Below, one piece after another: positions 27,776-38,295 of a stretch of 64,000 bases of DNA. The notes beneath the pieces are model-generated. The model ran no database searches, was not told the origin of the DNA, and saw only the letters and a list, made by a program, of their open reading frames with translations. Source of the stretch: Candidatus Binatia bacterium (GTDB lineage: Bacteria > Desulfobacterota > Binatia > Bin18); contig OY761159.2 in the NCBI GenBank assembly GCA_963664395.2, forward strand, positions 2,528,001-2,592,000, given 5' to 3'. The number at the start of each line of letters is the position of its first letter. The stretch's first letter is position 1. A program made the translations under genes and the position numbers.

Positions 27776-29959
27776 CTAGTGCTGCGCCCACCGCCTGAGC
27801 GCCGACAGGCCAGTACTCGGCCGCACCTCGTTCTGCCACTGCTCGCAGAGCACGGCCAGCGGCGCTTTCAGGGCGGGTAACGGGTCTGCCCCTGGTGTCA
27901 TCCCGGCCGTCTTCTCTCGCAGCCAGGAGAGCGTTTCATCCAGACTCGTAAACGATCCGGAAAGAAACGCCTGCCGAAGCTGCGCGATCGTTTTATGATC
28001 AAAAACGTGTTTTTGGTCGAGATCAATAATATCGGAAAGGAGTAAGCCGGCCTCACTCAGACGACAGTCGAGACGAGCCAGGAGATCGTTATAGACGTGT
28101 CCGGCCACGGCCTCGGCTTTGGTCCGCACGTCATTCAAGAGCGCTCTCCCGCGGAGGGAGGCATCTGCTTCTTGTGGCACAAGCTGGCAGTAAAATTTCA
28201 GTTTCGGCTCCGTGCCCGACGGACGGATGATAACGACACCGCCGTCTGTCACGATCCGTAAGACATTCCGGGGGAGCTTATCCGTTTCGCTCACAAAGGG
28301 TCCGAAACGTTTCTCGTCCCAGTAATCAATACAATTTTTGACGACAAACCCACCAAGCTGCTGTGGGGGCGTTTCACGCAGAGATTGCATCAGCCGGTCT
28401 CGGCGCAGCACCCCCTCCGCTCCTGTCAGCATGATGGATCGATTGATGTCCGCATACCCGCCCAACTCTTCCAGAATGTGGATATAGTAGTCGAGCAGCG
28501 TCTTGCCCTCCTGGCGGAGCTGTTGGTAGAGCGTTGCGAGGTATAGGCACGCTGGCGCGGCATCTTTATCTTTGATGTGCGGGACGAGCATGCCTCCATG
28601 GCTTTCCTCGACCGCTAAGACCAGTTGCTCGGGCGCACACTGAACGGTGCGATAGTTGCCGGTTTGCTCTAACGCTTTTAAGACAGCAGCAACATACTTG
28701 AATCCTACGAGCAGGTCGTCAATGATCCATGAATCGCCTGCCTGGGTCACAATCTGGCCAAGCAGCCGAGTTGTCACCAAGGTCTCAATGACCAATCCTC
28801 TCCGCTGAGGACCTCTGGGATCAAGCATCAGAAAATAGCACAGGGTTGAAGCAATCTGGTTCCCATCAAAATGATACCAGGTGCCATCGGGCAATTTGAC
28901 CTCAAGACCAACTCTATCTGCATCAGGATCACTGGAGAGGACAACGCCTATCCCGTGCTCATCGGCAAAGGCTTTTGCCGGCTCGGTCGCGTGTGGGACT
29001 TCGGGGTTTGGAACTCTAAAAGGAATGGCGGAAAAAGTCCCATCCGGCCCTTGATCGGGCGGGGTCCGAACCGGAAAACCAAGACGTCCCAGCACCTCTC
29101 CCACCGTCATCAGCCCACAGCCACCGAGCGGGGTAAACACCACCGGATACGCCGGCAGCGGCGTATGAATCTTGCCATACAGCCGCACATAGGTCTGTAT
29201 GTATTCCTCATGAAGCTGGCCCGGAATGCTGCGAATCATGTCCTGACTCAGGGCCTGCTCGAAGGGGACGGAGCGAATTTTAGTGGCCTGGTCCATAATA
29301 TCAACCAGACGTTGGTCGTCTGGGGCCACCGGCTGGCTGCCATAGTGGTCATAGACCTTAATGCCGTTATCGTCAGGCGGATTATGCGAGGCTGACAGAT
29401 TCATTCCGCCCACTGCACCCAGCTGACCAATCAGATAGGACAGTTCCGGCGTTGTCAGCACTGCCGTCTCGTTTGTCGGCTCGGCGAAATACGTGACAAT
29501 GCCGTTGCCGGCATAAATCTCACACGCCAATTTGCCCAGTGATCGAGACGATACGCCTAAGAGTGGATGGTCGTTACCCAGAAAATCATACACGCCCGCA
29601 CTGTCATGAAACACACGGACATCGTTCGCAACGACTACAGCCAGCTCAGTTCGGTCGATAAACACTGACTCGAGGTATTGACAATGCCCCTGGACGGTCA
29701 TGGCAACCGTTGTCGGATTCATGCGATTCGACCCGTAGCCAACGCGGCCGCGTCGGCCACCCGTCCCAAACGGGAGGACCTGCCAGAAGGCGTCAAACAC
29801 TAACGCCAGATGGTCTTCATCGAGATGCCGGGCCAGAATTTCGGGATAGGCATACGGAACTTGACTCGCTAACCAGCTCTGGAGGCGTTCATTCGCCTGC
29901 TGCCCGCGCGCTCCATATTCCTGTCCCAGCCGCTCACCTATCCGTGCTCCCTTCGTCAT
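27776..29959 (-). CDS. Phospho-sugar mutase (PGM/PMM) with C-terminal extension
   Basis: FGTGGRRG, SASHNP, DPDADR, EESHG, RPSGTEPKLKFY. Confidence 0.92.
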   Translation of the reverse strand: MTKGARIGERLGQEYGARGQQANERLQSWLASQVPYAYPEILARHLDEDHLALVFDAFWQVLPFGTGGRRGRVGYGSNRMNPTTVAMTVQGHCQYLESVFIDRTELAVVVANDVRVFHDSAGVYDFLGNDHPLLGVSSRSLGKLACEIYAGNGIVTYFAEPTNETAVLTTPELSYLIGQLGAVGGMNLSASHNPPDDNGIKVYDHYGSQPVAPDDQRLVDIMDQATKIRSVPFEQALSQDMIRSIPGQLHEEYIQTYVRLYGKIHTPLPAYPVVFTPLGGCGLMTVGEVLGRLGFPVRTPPDQGPDGTFSAIPFRVPNPEVPHATEPAKAFADEHGIGVVLSSDPDADRVGLEVKLPDGTWYHFDGNQIASTLCYFLMLDPRGPQRRGLVIETLVTTRLLGQIVTQAGDSWIIDDLLVGFKYVAAVLKALEQTGNYRTVQCAPEQLVLAVEESHGGMLVPHIKDKDAAPACLYLATLYQQLRQEGKTLLDYYIHILEELGGYADINRSIMLTGAEGVLRRDRLMQSLRETPPQQLGGFVVKNCIDYWDEKRFGPFVSETDKLPRNVLRIVTDGGVVIIRPSGTEPKLKFYCQLVPQEADASLRGRALLNDVRTKAEAVAGHVYNDLLARLDCRLSEAGLLLSDIIDLDQKHVFDHKTIAQLRQAFLSGSFTSLDETLSWLREKTAGMTPGADPLPALKAPLAVLCEQWQNEVRPSTGLSALRRWAQH

Positions 29960-30995
29960 GCCTACTCCTGTCCATCTCACCTTTTCCTCCCCCTGGGAGG
30001 GCGGCCGTCTGCGTCCGTTGCGTCATGTCTGCCGCAAGCGTCAGAGCCGCCTGCATACTGCGCGGGCTGGCTTTGTTGTGGCCCGCAATATCGAGAGCCA
30101 CGCCGTGATCGGGTGAAGTGCGAACGATGGGCAACCCCAGCGTGATGTTTACCCCGTCTTCCCAGGATAACAGTTTGAGCGGGATTAAGGCTTGATCGTG
30201 ATACTGACAGATCACTGCGTCAAATTCGCCATTCACCGCCCGCACAAAAACAGTATCCGCCGGCAGCGGCCCTGTCACGTCGAATCCTTGGGTCCGGGCA
30301 CGCTCGACAGCCGGTCGAATAAGCCGCTGTTCTTCATCTCCGAACGCGCCGGCTTCGCCCGCGTGCGGATTAAGGCCGGCTACCGCCAAACGTGGATGCG
30401 GCAGGCCGTGAAAACGCTTCAAATGCTCGGCCGCTAACGTGATGGTTTTTTCAATCCGCTCACACGAGAGTGCATGCGGGACCTGGGCCAGGGGCATATG
30501 CGTGGTCACCAGAATCACGCGCAGCTGCTTCCCAGCCAGCATCATCCGGACTTCGGGCGTGTCCGTCAACGCGGCCAGGAGTTCGGTATGGCCGGGGTAG
30601 GGATGGCCGGTGGCATGCCACATGGCTTTGCTGATCGGTGCGGTGACCAGCCCGTCGAGCGTCTTTTCCAAGGTGAAACGAACGCCGCTTTCCACGTAGC
30701 GATACGAGGCGTCACTTCCGCCGGGAGTGAGTTGGCCTGGGACGCGTTCGTCCGGTGCAAGCTGGGAGAGGGCGAGGACGGGTATATGCCGCGAGTCAGT
30801 TGGAAAGGAATCGCCAACCTGCCACTGATACGGGAGGAGGGAGGACGCCAGCCGGGTCGCGGTCTCCTGTATAACCGCAAGATCTCCAAGGACGACCGCC
30901 CGACAGCACGGCAGAGACGACTGGAACGCCTTCACTATTACCTCTGGCCCGACCCCGGCAGGATCGCCCATGGTCACACCAATCAGCGATTTCAT
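29934..30995 (-). CDS. pdxA: 4-hydroxythreonine-4-phosphate dehydrogenase
   Basis: TMGDPAGVGPE, GHTE, GLNPHAGE, YHDQ, RTSPDHG; follows surA. Confidence 0.95.
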   Translation of the reverse strand: MKSLIGVTMGDPAGVGPEVIVKAFQSSLPCCRAVVLGDLAVIQETATRLASSLLPYQWQVGDSFPTDSRHIPVLALSQLAPDERVPGQLTPGGSDASYRYVESGVRFTLEKTLDGLVTAPISKAMWHATGHPYPGHTELLAALTDTPEVRMMLAGKQLRVILVTTHMPLAQVPHALSCERIEKTITLAAEHLKRFHGLPHPRLAVAGLNPHAGEAGAFGDEEQRLIRPAVERARTQGFDVTGPLPADTVFVRAVNGEFDAVICQYHDQALIPLKLLSWEDGVNITLGLPIVRTSPDHGVALDIAGHNKASPRSMQAALTLAADMTQRTQTAALPGGGKGEMDRSRHDEGSTDR

Positions 30996-31025
30996 AGGAA
31001 CGACAGTACTACGGGAAGGTGTTCT

Positions 31026-32129
31026 TTAGAACGGCCAGAGCCAACCGAGTACACCCTTTTTCTGTGCGGTCTCCAGGCGGTCCGGAGCAACGTCTTCCAC
31101 CTCGGCATCTAAAACGGAACTCGTCTGTGTAATGCCCGCGCCAAAATCTTCCGGGGCTTCGAGGAAGTTTTCCACGTGATGCCGGAAGCGGAGGTCTTCA
31201 TTAAACCAACGCGCATAGCGATCACGTAACGCCTCACTATAGAGCTTGTTTTTGATCTCCTCGGAGACGGTCTCAAGGGGTTGCAGGCCCGCGTTCCGTT
31301 TATCTTCTACTTTCAGGAGATGCATCCCGGAATTGGTACGGAAAGGCTGACTGATATCGCCATTTTCTAAGGAAAAGGCGACCTGTTCGATGCCTTCGGG
31401 CATTTGTCCCCGTTCAAAATAGCCAAGGTCCCCCCCACTGCCCGCGCCTGGCCCACCGGAGTATTGGTCTGCCAGATTGCCGAAATTTTCTCCTGCCAGC
31501 GCGCGCTGACGGACTTGGTACACCACCCCAATCGCTTCCTGTTCCTCTGCCTCGTTCGCAGAGGGCGATAACGGCCGGAAAACATGGCGTACACGAATCT
31601 GCGCGGGTTGGGTGTACTCATCGATATGCTCATCATAGTAGCGTTGTACATCCTCAGGCGTGACATTCACCTTAGCGCCAATCTCGCGGCTCATTAAAAT
31701 TGCTTGTTCCACCTCACTCGCAACCCGGGTGCGGTATTTCTCCATGCTCATGTTCTGCTCAATCAGGGCGGCTTCAAATTCTTGATCACTTAAATTGCTC
31801 TGCGCTTGGATCCGCGCAATATAGCTGTCAATATCCGCCTTCTTGGCTTTCAAGCCCTGCGCTTCCACTTCTCTCCTGATCAACTTCTGCATGACGAGCG
31901 CGTCCAGGACTTCCTTATCCGACATCCCCGTTGCCCCACCGGACGGTGCCAGCGGACTCGACCCTGCCACTGCCCGAAAGCCTTGCATCTCATGTGAGGT
32001 AATCGGCGCGTCATCAACTGCCGCCACAATACGGTTAATGACCTCCGCCTGACTTGCGGTCGGCCCCATCCACACGGCAGAGACAAGAAAGCAGACCAGT
32101 ATGCGGTTGCTGTGGGTCCTTTTCATCAT
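31026..32129 (-). CDS. surA: SurA-like parvulin peptidyl-prolyl isomerase
   Basis: Signal peptide, 'NRIVAAVD', 'GGDLGYF', 'SQPFRT..GMHLLK'; mfd-surA-pdxA order. Confidence 0.85.
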   Translation of the reverse strand: MMKRTHSNRILVCFLVSAVWMGPTASQAEVINRIVAAVDDAPITSHEMQGFRAVAGSSPLAPSGGATGMSDKEVLDALVMQKLIRREVEAQGLKAKKADIDSYIARIQAQSNLSDQEFEAALIEQNMSMEKYRTRVASEVEQAILMSREIGAKVNVTPEDVQRYYDEHIDEYTQPAQIRVRHVFRPLSPSANEAEEQEAIGVVYQVRQRALAGENFGNLADQYSGGPGAGSGGDLGYFERGQMPEGIEQVAFSLENGDISQPFRTNSGMHLLKVEDKRNAGLQPLETVSEEIKNKLYSEALRDRYARWFNEDLRFRHHVENFLEAPEDFGAGITQTSSVLDAEVEDVAPDRLETAQKKGVLGWLWPF

Positions 32130-32139
32130 GCTCCACCGG

Positions 32140-35100
32140 CTAACACGATTCGTCGAGGCTGTGCAAGAGACTCTTGACTGCCTCCATCACGTCTTCCTCC
32201 GGCGCAAGTGAAAACGAGACACGCAAGTCCGGGCTAACCTGTGCCCTACGGTCATTTTTCTGAATAAAGGACACGAGACGCTCGCCTTTTATGGGCGAGT
32301 CAGTGTGGAAATGCAGGGTCACTTTCTCGCCCTTGCGGTAGACGGCTGTCACTAAATAGTGGCGCAGTACCCGGCGGAGGTCCATGACTTCGATAAAACG
32401 AAGGACTAACTCGGGCAGGGTGCCAAAACGATCTTCCATTTCATAGGCCAGGTCTTCCAGGTCGCTGCGTTCTTTCACATTGGCCAGTTTTTTGTAGAAG
32501 ACCAGGCGCTGGTTGACATCCGGGATATACGCCTCCGGCAAATATGCCGGCAGGCCAATATGAATTTCGGGTTCAATAACAACCTCAATCTCGCCCCCCC
32601 GCAGCTCGCGCACCGTTTCTTCCAGCATGTGGGCGTAGAGTTCGTAGCCCACAGCCGCTACCCGCCCGGACTGTTCTTTGCCTAAGAGATTGCCCGCCCC
32701 ACGAATCTCCAAATCGTGCGCCGCCAAACGGAACCCCCCACCGAGATCGTCCAGTTCCTGGAGGACTTCCAGACGACGCTGGGCGTCTCGGGTGAGCGCC
32801 TGTTCACCAGGAATGAGTAAATAGGCATAGGCTCGCATAGCGGACCGTCCGACCCGACCGCGCAGTTGATACAGTTGGGCCAGACCAAAATATTCAGCCC
32901 GGTTAATAATAATCGTGTTCGCGGTCGGGATATCGAGCCCGGACTCAATAATGGCCGAGCAGAGCAACACGTTCACCCGGTGGTGCATGAAGTCGAGCAT
33001 CACTGTTTCCAGCTCACGTTCCCTCATCTGGCCATGCGCAACCGCCAAGGCCGCTTCCGGCACCAGCGCCCGCAACCGGTCGGCCATTTTTTCAATGGTC
33101 TCAACCCGGTTATGGACAAAAAAGATCTGGCCGCCCCGGGAAAGTTCTTGCAGCATGGCTGAGCGGATGAGGTCTTCATCAAATCGAGCAACATAGGTCC
33201 GGATGGCCTGGCGATCCACGGGCGGCGTTTCAATCACGCTCAAGTCTCGCAGGCCCATCATCCCCATGTTGAGCGAACGCGGGATCGGCGTAGCCGACAG
33301 CGCCAGGACATCAACCTCATGGCGGAGTCGTTTGATTTTTTCTTTATGCGTCACCCCGAACCGATGTTCTTCGTCGATCACGACCAGTCCGAGCTCTTTG
33401 AACACAACGTCTCGTTGTAAGAGACGGTGGGTGCCAATGACGATGTCCACCGTGCCGGCGGCCAGGCCGCGGACCACGGCTTTGACTTCTTGGGCCGAGC
33501 GGAATCGATTCAGCAGTTCGACCCGGATGGGAGAGTCGGCAAAGCGCCGGCCAAAAGTCTCGGCGTGCTGTTGGGCGAGCACCGTTGTGGGTACGAGGAC
33601 AGCCGCCTGCTTCCCATTTTCAACCGCCAGATAGGCCGCCCGCAGCGCCACCTCGGTCTTGCCGTAGCCCACATCACCGCAGACGAGGCGATCCATGGGT
33701 TTGGGACTTTGCAGGTCGGCCTCCACGTCTTCTATTGCCGCCCGTTGGCCCGGCGTTTCTTCAAACGGAAAACGGGCCACAAACTCCTCGTAGTCGCTGG
33801 TGTAGGTGGCCAGCGCGGGCCGCTGGACGCTTTCCCGGACCGCATGAATTTCGAGCAGCTCGCGCGCCATTGCCTGAATGGCCTCGCGGGTCTTGCGCTT
33901 GACGCGCTCCCAGGTCTGGCCGCCCAGGCGGTCCAGGGCGGGTTCTTTGCTGTCCGCGCCGGCATACTTCTGGACCAGATTGATGCGCTCAACCGGCACA
34001 TACAATTTGTCGCCACCGGTATATTCGAGGTGGAGATAATCTCCTTCGGTATCGGCGACACTCAGGTGCTGGAGCCCGTGATACCGGGCGATGCCGTGGT
34101 CGGTGTGGACCACATAGTCGCCGGCGGCCAATTGGCTCAGACCGGTTAAATAGTCGGCAACCGGACGCGGTCGGGAACGCCGTCGGTGGCGGCGTTCGCC
34201 GAAAATCTCCTCTTCGGAAAGGAAGACCAGGCCATCGGCCGGCAAAGCAAAACCTTGGGACAAATGCCCGACCACAATCGCGATCTCAGGGCGCTGTGTC
34301 TCTTTCGCCTGCCACCCCGGTTGAATGGGGAGTTCCAGCTTGTAGCCGTGCAAGAGATGCTGGAGATGGCCTGCCTGGCGTTCACTCGAAACAGTCAGAT
34401 AGACCTGCCGCTGCTCATCTTGCCAGTGCCGGATACGCTCGACGAGGGACGCCAGGCTTTTTTCTGCGCCGGTTTCCGCGGACGTGTGACTTTCGACTTT
34501 CCAACTCAGCCCGGTATGCAGCGTCGAAGTGACGGTGCAGTGGGCATCGACGCTTTCTAAACTACGCACCTCAACGGATAAGAAGGTCGCCCGCCCATCC
34601 AACGCCTGTGTGGCCGGCAGGTAATAGCGCGCGGGCGATGGAACAAATCGGCCGGCTTCACGGGCCGCGTCCACCCGGGGCTCAACCTGTGCCCAAAATG
34701 TCTCACTCGCTGTTTCCTGTTCAGCCGGGTCCATGGCCCACACGACAGTTCCCTGGGGCAGATACTCACCCAGGTGCTCTAAGTTGGGATAGAGATACGG
34801 TAAGAAGAATTCGACACCGGGAAAAGGCAGCCCGCTCTTGAGGTTCTCGATAATACGTTTCTGTTCCCGGTGAGGGATGTCTGCTGCATCCAACGCTTCT
34901 TCAATCGTACGCCATGCGGCTTGGAGACGCGCGACGGAAAAGAAGCGCATGGGTAAAAGCATGATCTCATCAGGGGTATCAAGCGCGGTGCCCGTCGACC
35001 GCTGCGAGGCCGGATCAAACGCGCGCATGGTCTCAATCGTGTCCCCAACGAACTCAATACGCAGCGGTTGTTGGGCGAGCGGCGGGAAGAGATCAACGAT

Positions 35101-35661
35101 CCCCCCACGGACACTGATCTCGCCTTTTTCTTCAACCAGCGGGACACGCCGGTAGCCCCACTGCAAGCAGTAGTCGACTAATGCCGACAGCGGGAGTTCA
35201 TCCCCGATGCGCAGCCGAAATGTTGCGGTGATGAACTCTTCTTGGGGTAAGAGCCGTTGGAGTAATGCCTGAGCCGAGGTGACGAGAATGGGCGTTGTGA
35301 CTGAGAGCACATCGTACAGTCCCTCGATCTGGGCGGCGACGACCTCACTATTTGGAGACAGCCCGTCGGCGACCGACACATCCCAGGCCGGGTAATAGCG
35401 CACGCGCCGGGCGAGGGGCTCTCCGGCAAAGAAGCGCAGGTCGGCGGCGAAGGTCTCGGCCTGTTTATCAGACGGCAATACACACAGCGTTGGTTGGGGG
35501 GTGTGTTGCAGATTACGAGCCACAAAAAACGCCCGTGCCGCCCCCTTGAGTCCTGCCAGTCGGATGACATGTTGCGCCGGCTCGGAAGAAACGAACCGGG
35601 CGGTTGTCTCAAGGGCAACCGAGAGGGGCTGGGGAGAAGTGCGAGAGAGACCTACATCCAT
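32140..35661 (-). CDS. mfd: Transcription-repair coupling factor
   Basis: CarD-like 'VVHTDHGIARY', DRLVCGDVGYGKTEVA, DEEHRFG, QLRGRVGRS, DLEIRGAGNLLG. Confidence 0.97.
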   Translation of the reverse strand: MDVGLSRTSPQPLSVALETTARFVSSEPAQHVIRLAGLKGAARAFFVARNLQHTPQPTLCVLPSDKQAETFAADLRFFAGEPLARRVRYYPAWDVSVADGLSPNSEVVAAQIEGLYDVLSVTTPILVTSAQALLQRLLPQEEFITATFRLRIGDELPLSALVDYCLQWGYRRVPLVEEKGEISVRGGIVDLFPPLAQQPLRIEFVGDTIETMRAFDPASQRSTGTALDTPDEIMLLPMRFFSVARLQAAWRTIEEALDAADIPHREQKRIIENLKSGLPFPGVEFFLPYLYPNLEHLGEYLPQGTVVWAMDPAEQETASETFWAQVEPRVDAAREAGRFVPSPARYYLPATQALDGRATFLSVEVRSLESVDAHCTVTSTLHTGLSWKVESHTSAETGAEKSLASLVERIRHWQDEQRQVYLTVSSERQAGHLQHLLHGYKLELPIQPGWQAKETQRPEIAIVVGHLSQGFALPADGLVFLSEEEIFGERRHRRRSRPRPVADYLTGLSQLAAGDYVVHTDHGIARYHGLQHLSVADTEGDYLHLEYTGGDKLYVPVERINLVQKYAGADSKEPALDRLGGQTWERVKRKTREAIQAMARELLEIHAVRESVQRPALATYTSDYEEFVARFPFEETPGQRAAIEDVEADLQSPKPMDRLVCGDVGYGKTEVALRAAYLAVENGKQAAVLVPTTVLAQQHAETFGRRFADSPIRVELLNRFRSAQEVKAVVRGLAAGTVDIVIGTHRLLQRDVVFKELGLVVIDEEHRFGVTHKEKIKRLRHEVDVLALSATPIPRSLNMGMMGLRDLSVIETPPVDRQAIRTYVARFDEDLIRSAMLQELSRGGQIFFVHNRVETIEKMADRLRALVPEAALAVAHGQMRERELETVMLDFMHHRVNVLLCSAIIESGLDIPTANTIIINRAEYFGLAQLYQLRGRVGRSAMRAYAYLLIPGEQALTRDAQRRLEVLQELDDLGGGFRLAAHDLEIRGAGNLLGKEQSGRVAAVGYELYAHMLEETVRELRGGEIEVVIEPEIHIGLPAYLPEAYIPDVNQRLVFYKKLANVKERSDLEDLAYEMEDRFGTLPELVLRFIEVMDLRRVLRHYLVTAVYRKGEKVTLHFHTDSPIKGERLVSFIQKNDRRAQVSPDLRVSFSLAPEEDVMEAVKSLLHSLDESC

Positions 35662-35683
35662 AGGCAGGGCGTGACAGGGGCTG

Positions 35684-36805
35684 TTACCGGCTGGCCTGCT
35701 GCGGAGCAGCGACAATACCGAACAGGGGAATGGTGAGCTGTTTTTCTTCAGGATGGTCGGTCATCACCTCAATGCTGCCGCGAATCTTTCCCGGCGCACT
35801 GTCAGCGGTGACATGCAAACGCAGCTGAAACTCTTTCCCCGGCGTGACCTCAGCAATCTCGGGTATAACCGTGTCGAGCGAGCTCTGTACCCGTATAATG
35901 CTGAGAGGCTGAGCGGAGCGGTTTTTGATGCGAATAGTCTGCGTCTTGCCGACTCCGTGGCGAACGACCCCAAACGAGACCTGGGGCGGTAAGACGATGA
36001 CATCGCCTTCGATACTTCCAAAAATCGGAATGGTAATGGTCGGCTTCTGCGGGCTCGTCGTGGTAATCGTAATGGTATCATCGAGACGGCCAAGGGCCGC
36101 GGTTTTGGAGACACTCACCTGAAGCGTCTTTCCCTGTTTGCCGTCGATCCGGACGTCTTCAGTTTGGACGCTGATTGCAGGGTTGGCATGGGTGATGTGC
36201 GTGATTTCAAAGGGTTTGTTTTGATCGTACAGGATAGTGACCGTGCGGCTGGTCGGTACGCCGCGTTGGAGCCGCCCCATATACACCTGGGCGGGTTGAA
36301 CCTGCACCTCGGTGGTAATCTCTCCCTGTATCGTCAGTGTCGTGACCGGGCTGAGCGGATCATTGGTGTGGACGCGAATACTTTTGGCCTTTTGGCCGGC
36401 AAACCGTTTTGTGTCGAACGTGGCCTGAATGGTCCCCGCCTCGCCGGGTGGGATGGTGCTCGACGCACTCACCGCGGCAGTACAGCCGCAGGACGTTTTG
36501 ACGGACTGCACCTGCAGGGCCTGGTTGCCCTGATTGGTAAACTGAAAAGCATGCGTCACCTTTTCTCCCTGTTCAACCTGCCCAAAGTCGAACACGGGCG
36601 CGTCAAAGTGCAGTCGAGGTCCGATAAAGACCACCGTGTCCGGGGCGGCGCTGATTGCCGCTTCGCCCTCCGACTGTTCGGTCGGAGGCGTCGCGGACTC
36701 GGCGGGCGCACCGGGCGCACCGGGCGCATCTGGCACGATACTGAGAGACGCAATAGAGAGGAGGGCCGTAAGCGCCATAAGGGTAGTGTGAGTCCTGAAA
36801 CGCAT
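35684..36805 (-). CDS. Secreted DUF1573 (Ig-like) domain protein
   Basis: Signal peptide, 'FDFG', 'SCGCT', 'HTNDP', repeated beta-sandwich units. Confidence 0.8.
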   Translation of the reverse strand: MRFRTHTTLMALTALLSIASLSIVPDAPGAPGAPAESATPPTEQSEGEAAISAAPDTVVFIGPRLHFDAPVFDFGQVEQGEKVTHAFQFTNQGNQALQVQSVKTSCGCTAAVSASSTIPPGEAGTIQATFDTKRFAGQKAKSIRVHTNDPLSPVTTLTIQGEITTEVQVQPAQVYMGRLQRGVPTSRTVTILYDQNKPFEITHITHANPAISVQTEDVRIDGKQGKTLQVSVSKTAALGRLDDTITITTTSPQKPTITIPIFGSIEGDVIVLPPQVSFGVVRHGVGKTQTIRIKNRSAQPLSIIRVQSSLDTVIPEIAEVTPGKEFQLRLHVTADSAPGKIRGSIEVMTDHPEEKQLTIPLFGIVAAPQQASR

Positions 36806-36807
36806 GG

Positions 36808-38220
36808 CTACACTTCCTGAGCGGGCAAGTCGGTTGGGTTGTCAGTGGTGCGGTGAGACGGGCGCGTAGCACCATTGTTTGAGCGGGCCAAGAATTTATC
36901 AAGATAACGCGTATGCACCTTGCCGGCCAAAAAATCCTGGTCCCGCAGGATTCTTTGATGCAACGGGATATTGGTTTTAATGCCTTCAATCCGGTATTCC
37001 GACAGGGCGGCGCGCATCCGTTGGACGGCCTCGGCGCGGGTCTGAGCGCTCACAATGACTTTTGCGATTAAAGAGTCATAGTGAATGGAAACGACACTGT
37101 TTTCCATCACACCGGCTTCCACCCGGACGCCAATCCCACCAGGGGGATGATACGCCCGAATCGTACCGGGTGAAGGCAACAGCGTGACAGGATCTTCAGC
37201 CACAATACGGCATTCTATGGCGTGGCCTGAAAAATCGACATCCTTCTGACGCCAGGCTAACGGCTCGCCCCCTGCCGAGCGAATGCCGGCTTGCACCACG
37301 TCAATGCCCGTCCGCATCTCTGTCACGGGGTGTTCCACTTGGACCCGGGTATTCATTTCAATAAAGTAGAAATGGCCCTGGGGGTCGAGCAGAAATTCAA
37401 TCGTCCCGACGTTGGTATAGCCGACCGCTCGGGCGGCCTTGACGGCCACGGCTCCCATCCGTTCGCGCAGGCGTTTGGTCAGGGCTGGCGCGGGCGCTTC
37501 CTCAATGAGTTTTTGATACCGACGCTGGATCGAACACTCACGTTCCCCAAGATGAATGACGTTGCGGTGTTGATCGCCGACTATTTGAAATTCAATATGG
37601 CGGGCGCGCTCCAGATATTTCTCTACATACAGCGTCCCATTCCCAAAGGCGCGTTCTCCCTCTTCTCGGGCAACGGCAAACAGGGGCGAGAGCTCAGCGT
37701 GATTCTGGGCAACCCGCAGGCCGCGCCCGCCGCCGCCGCCCGCGGCTTTAATCAGAATGGGGAAGCCGACCTGAGCCGCAACCGCCTGGGCCTCTTTGAC
37801 ATCCGTGATCCCGGACGAGGTACCGGATAGAACCGGTACACCCGCGCGCTCCATAATCCGCCGCGCGCGCGGTTTGTCTCCCATCAGACGGATATTACGG
37901 ACGCGTGGACCAATAAAGGTCAGGCCCGAACGTTGACACGCCTCGGCAAAATCGCCGTTCTCAGAGAGAAAACCATAGCCCGGATGAACCGCATCGGCCC
38001 CAAAGGCAATCGCGGCACTGACAATTGCGGGAATATTGAGATAACTTTCGAGCGGACTCGGCGGCCCAATACACACGCTCTCATCAGCCAACCGGACATG
38101 CAGGGCGTCACGGTCGGCCGTCGAATACACGACAACTGCGGCAATCTCCATAGCGCGGCAGGCCCGAAGGATGCGGACCGCAATTTCACCGCGATTGGCA
38201 ATGAGTACTTTCTTAAACAC
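36808..38220 (-). CDS. accC: Acetyl-CoA carboxylase biotin carboxylase
   Basis: IANRGEIA, HPGYGFLSEN, GGGGRG, RECSIQRR, EMNTRVQVEH. Confidence 0.96.
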   Translation of the reverse strand: MFKKVLIANRGEIAVRILRACRAMEIAAVVVYSTADRDALHVRLADESVCIGPPSPLESYLNIPAIVSAAIAFGADAVHPGYGFLSENGDFAEACQRSGLTFIGPRVRNIRLMGDKPRARRIMERAGVPVLSGTSSGITDVKEAQAVAAQVGFPILIKAAGGGGGRGLRVAQNHAELSPLFAVAREEGERAFGNGTLYVEKYLERARHIEFQIVGDQHRNVIHLGERECSIQRRYQKLIEEAPAPALTKRLRERMGAVAVKAARAVGYTNVGTIEFLLDPQGHFYFIEMNTRVQVEHPVTEMRTGIDVVQAGIRSAGGEPLAWRQKDVDFSGHAIECRIVAEDPVTLLPSPGTIRAYHPPGGIGVRVEAGVMENSVVSIHYDSLIAKVIVSAQTRAEAVQRMRAALSEYRIEGIKTNIPLHQRILRDQDFLAGKVHTRYLDKFLARSNNGATRPSHRTTDNPTDLPAQEV

Positions 38221-38230
38221 GTGACTGAGA

Positions 38231-38277
38231 TTTTTATGATTATGCAGAGTTTTTATGATTATGCAGAGTTTTTATGA
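38231..38277. repeat. 19-bp tandem repeat (2.5 copies) in the accB-accC spacer
   Basis: TTTTTATGATTATGCAGAG x2 followed by TTTTTATGA. Confidence 0.9.
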
Positions 38278-38295
38278 AGACCCAAATTGACAGAC

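Noticed and set aside
36702-36729. 9-bp repeat CGGGCGCAC x3
   Set aside because: Encodes a low-complexity APG linker after a signal peptide; unremarkable
38231-38277. CRISPR array
   Set aside because: Repeats abut with no spacers and there are no cas genes; no CRISPR array was seen anywhere in the window
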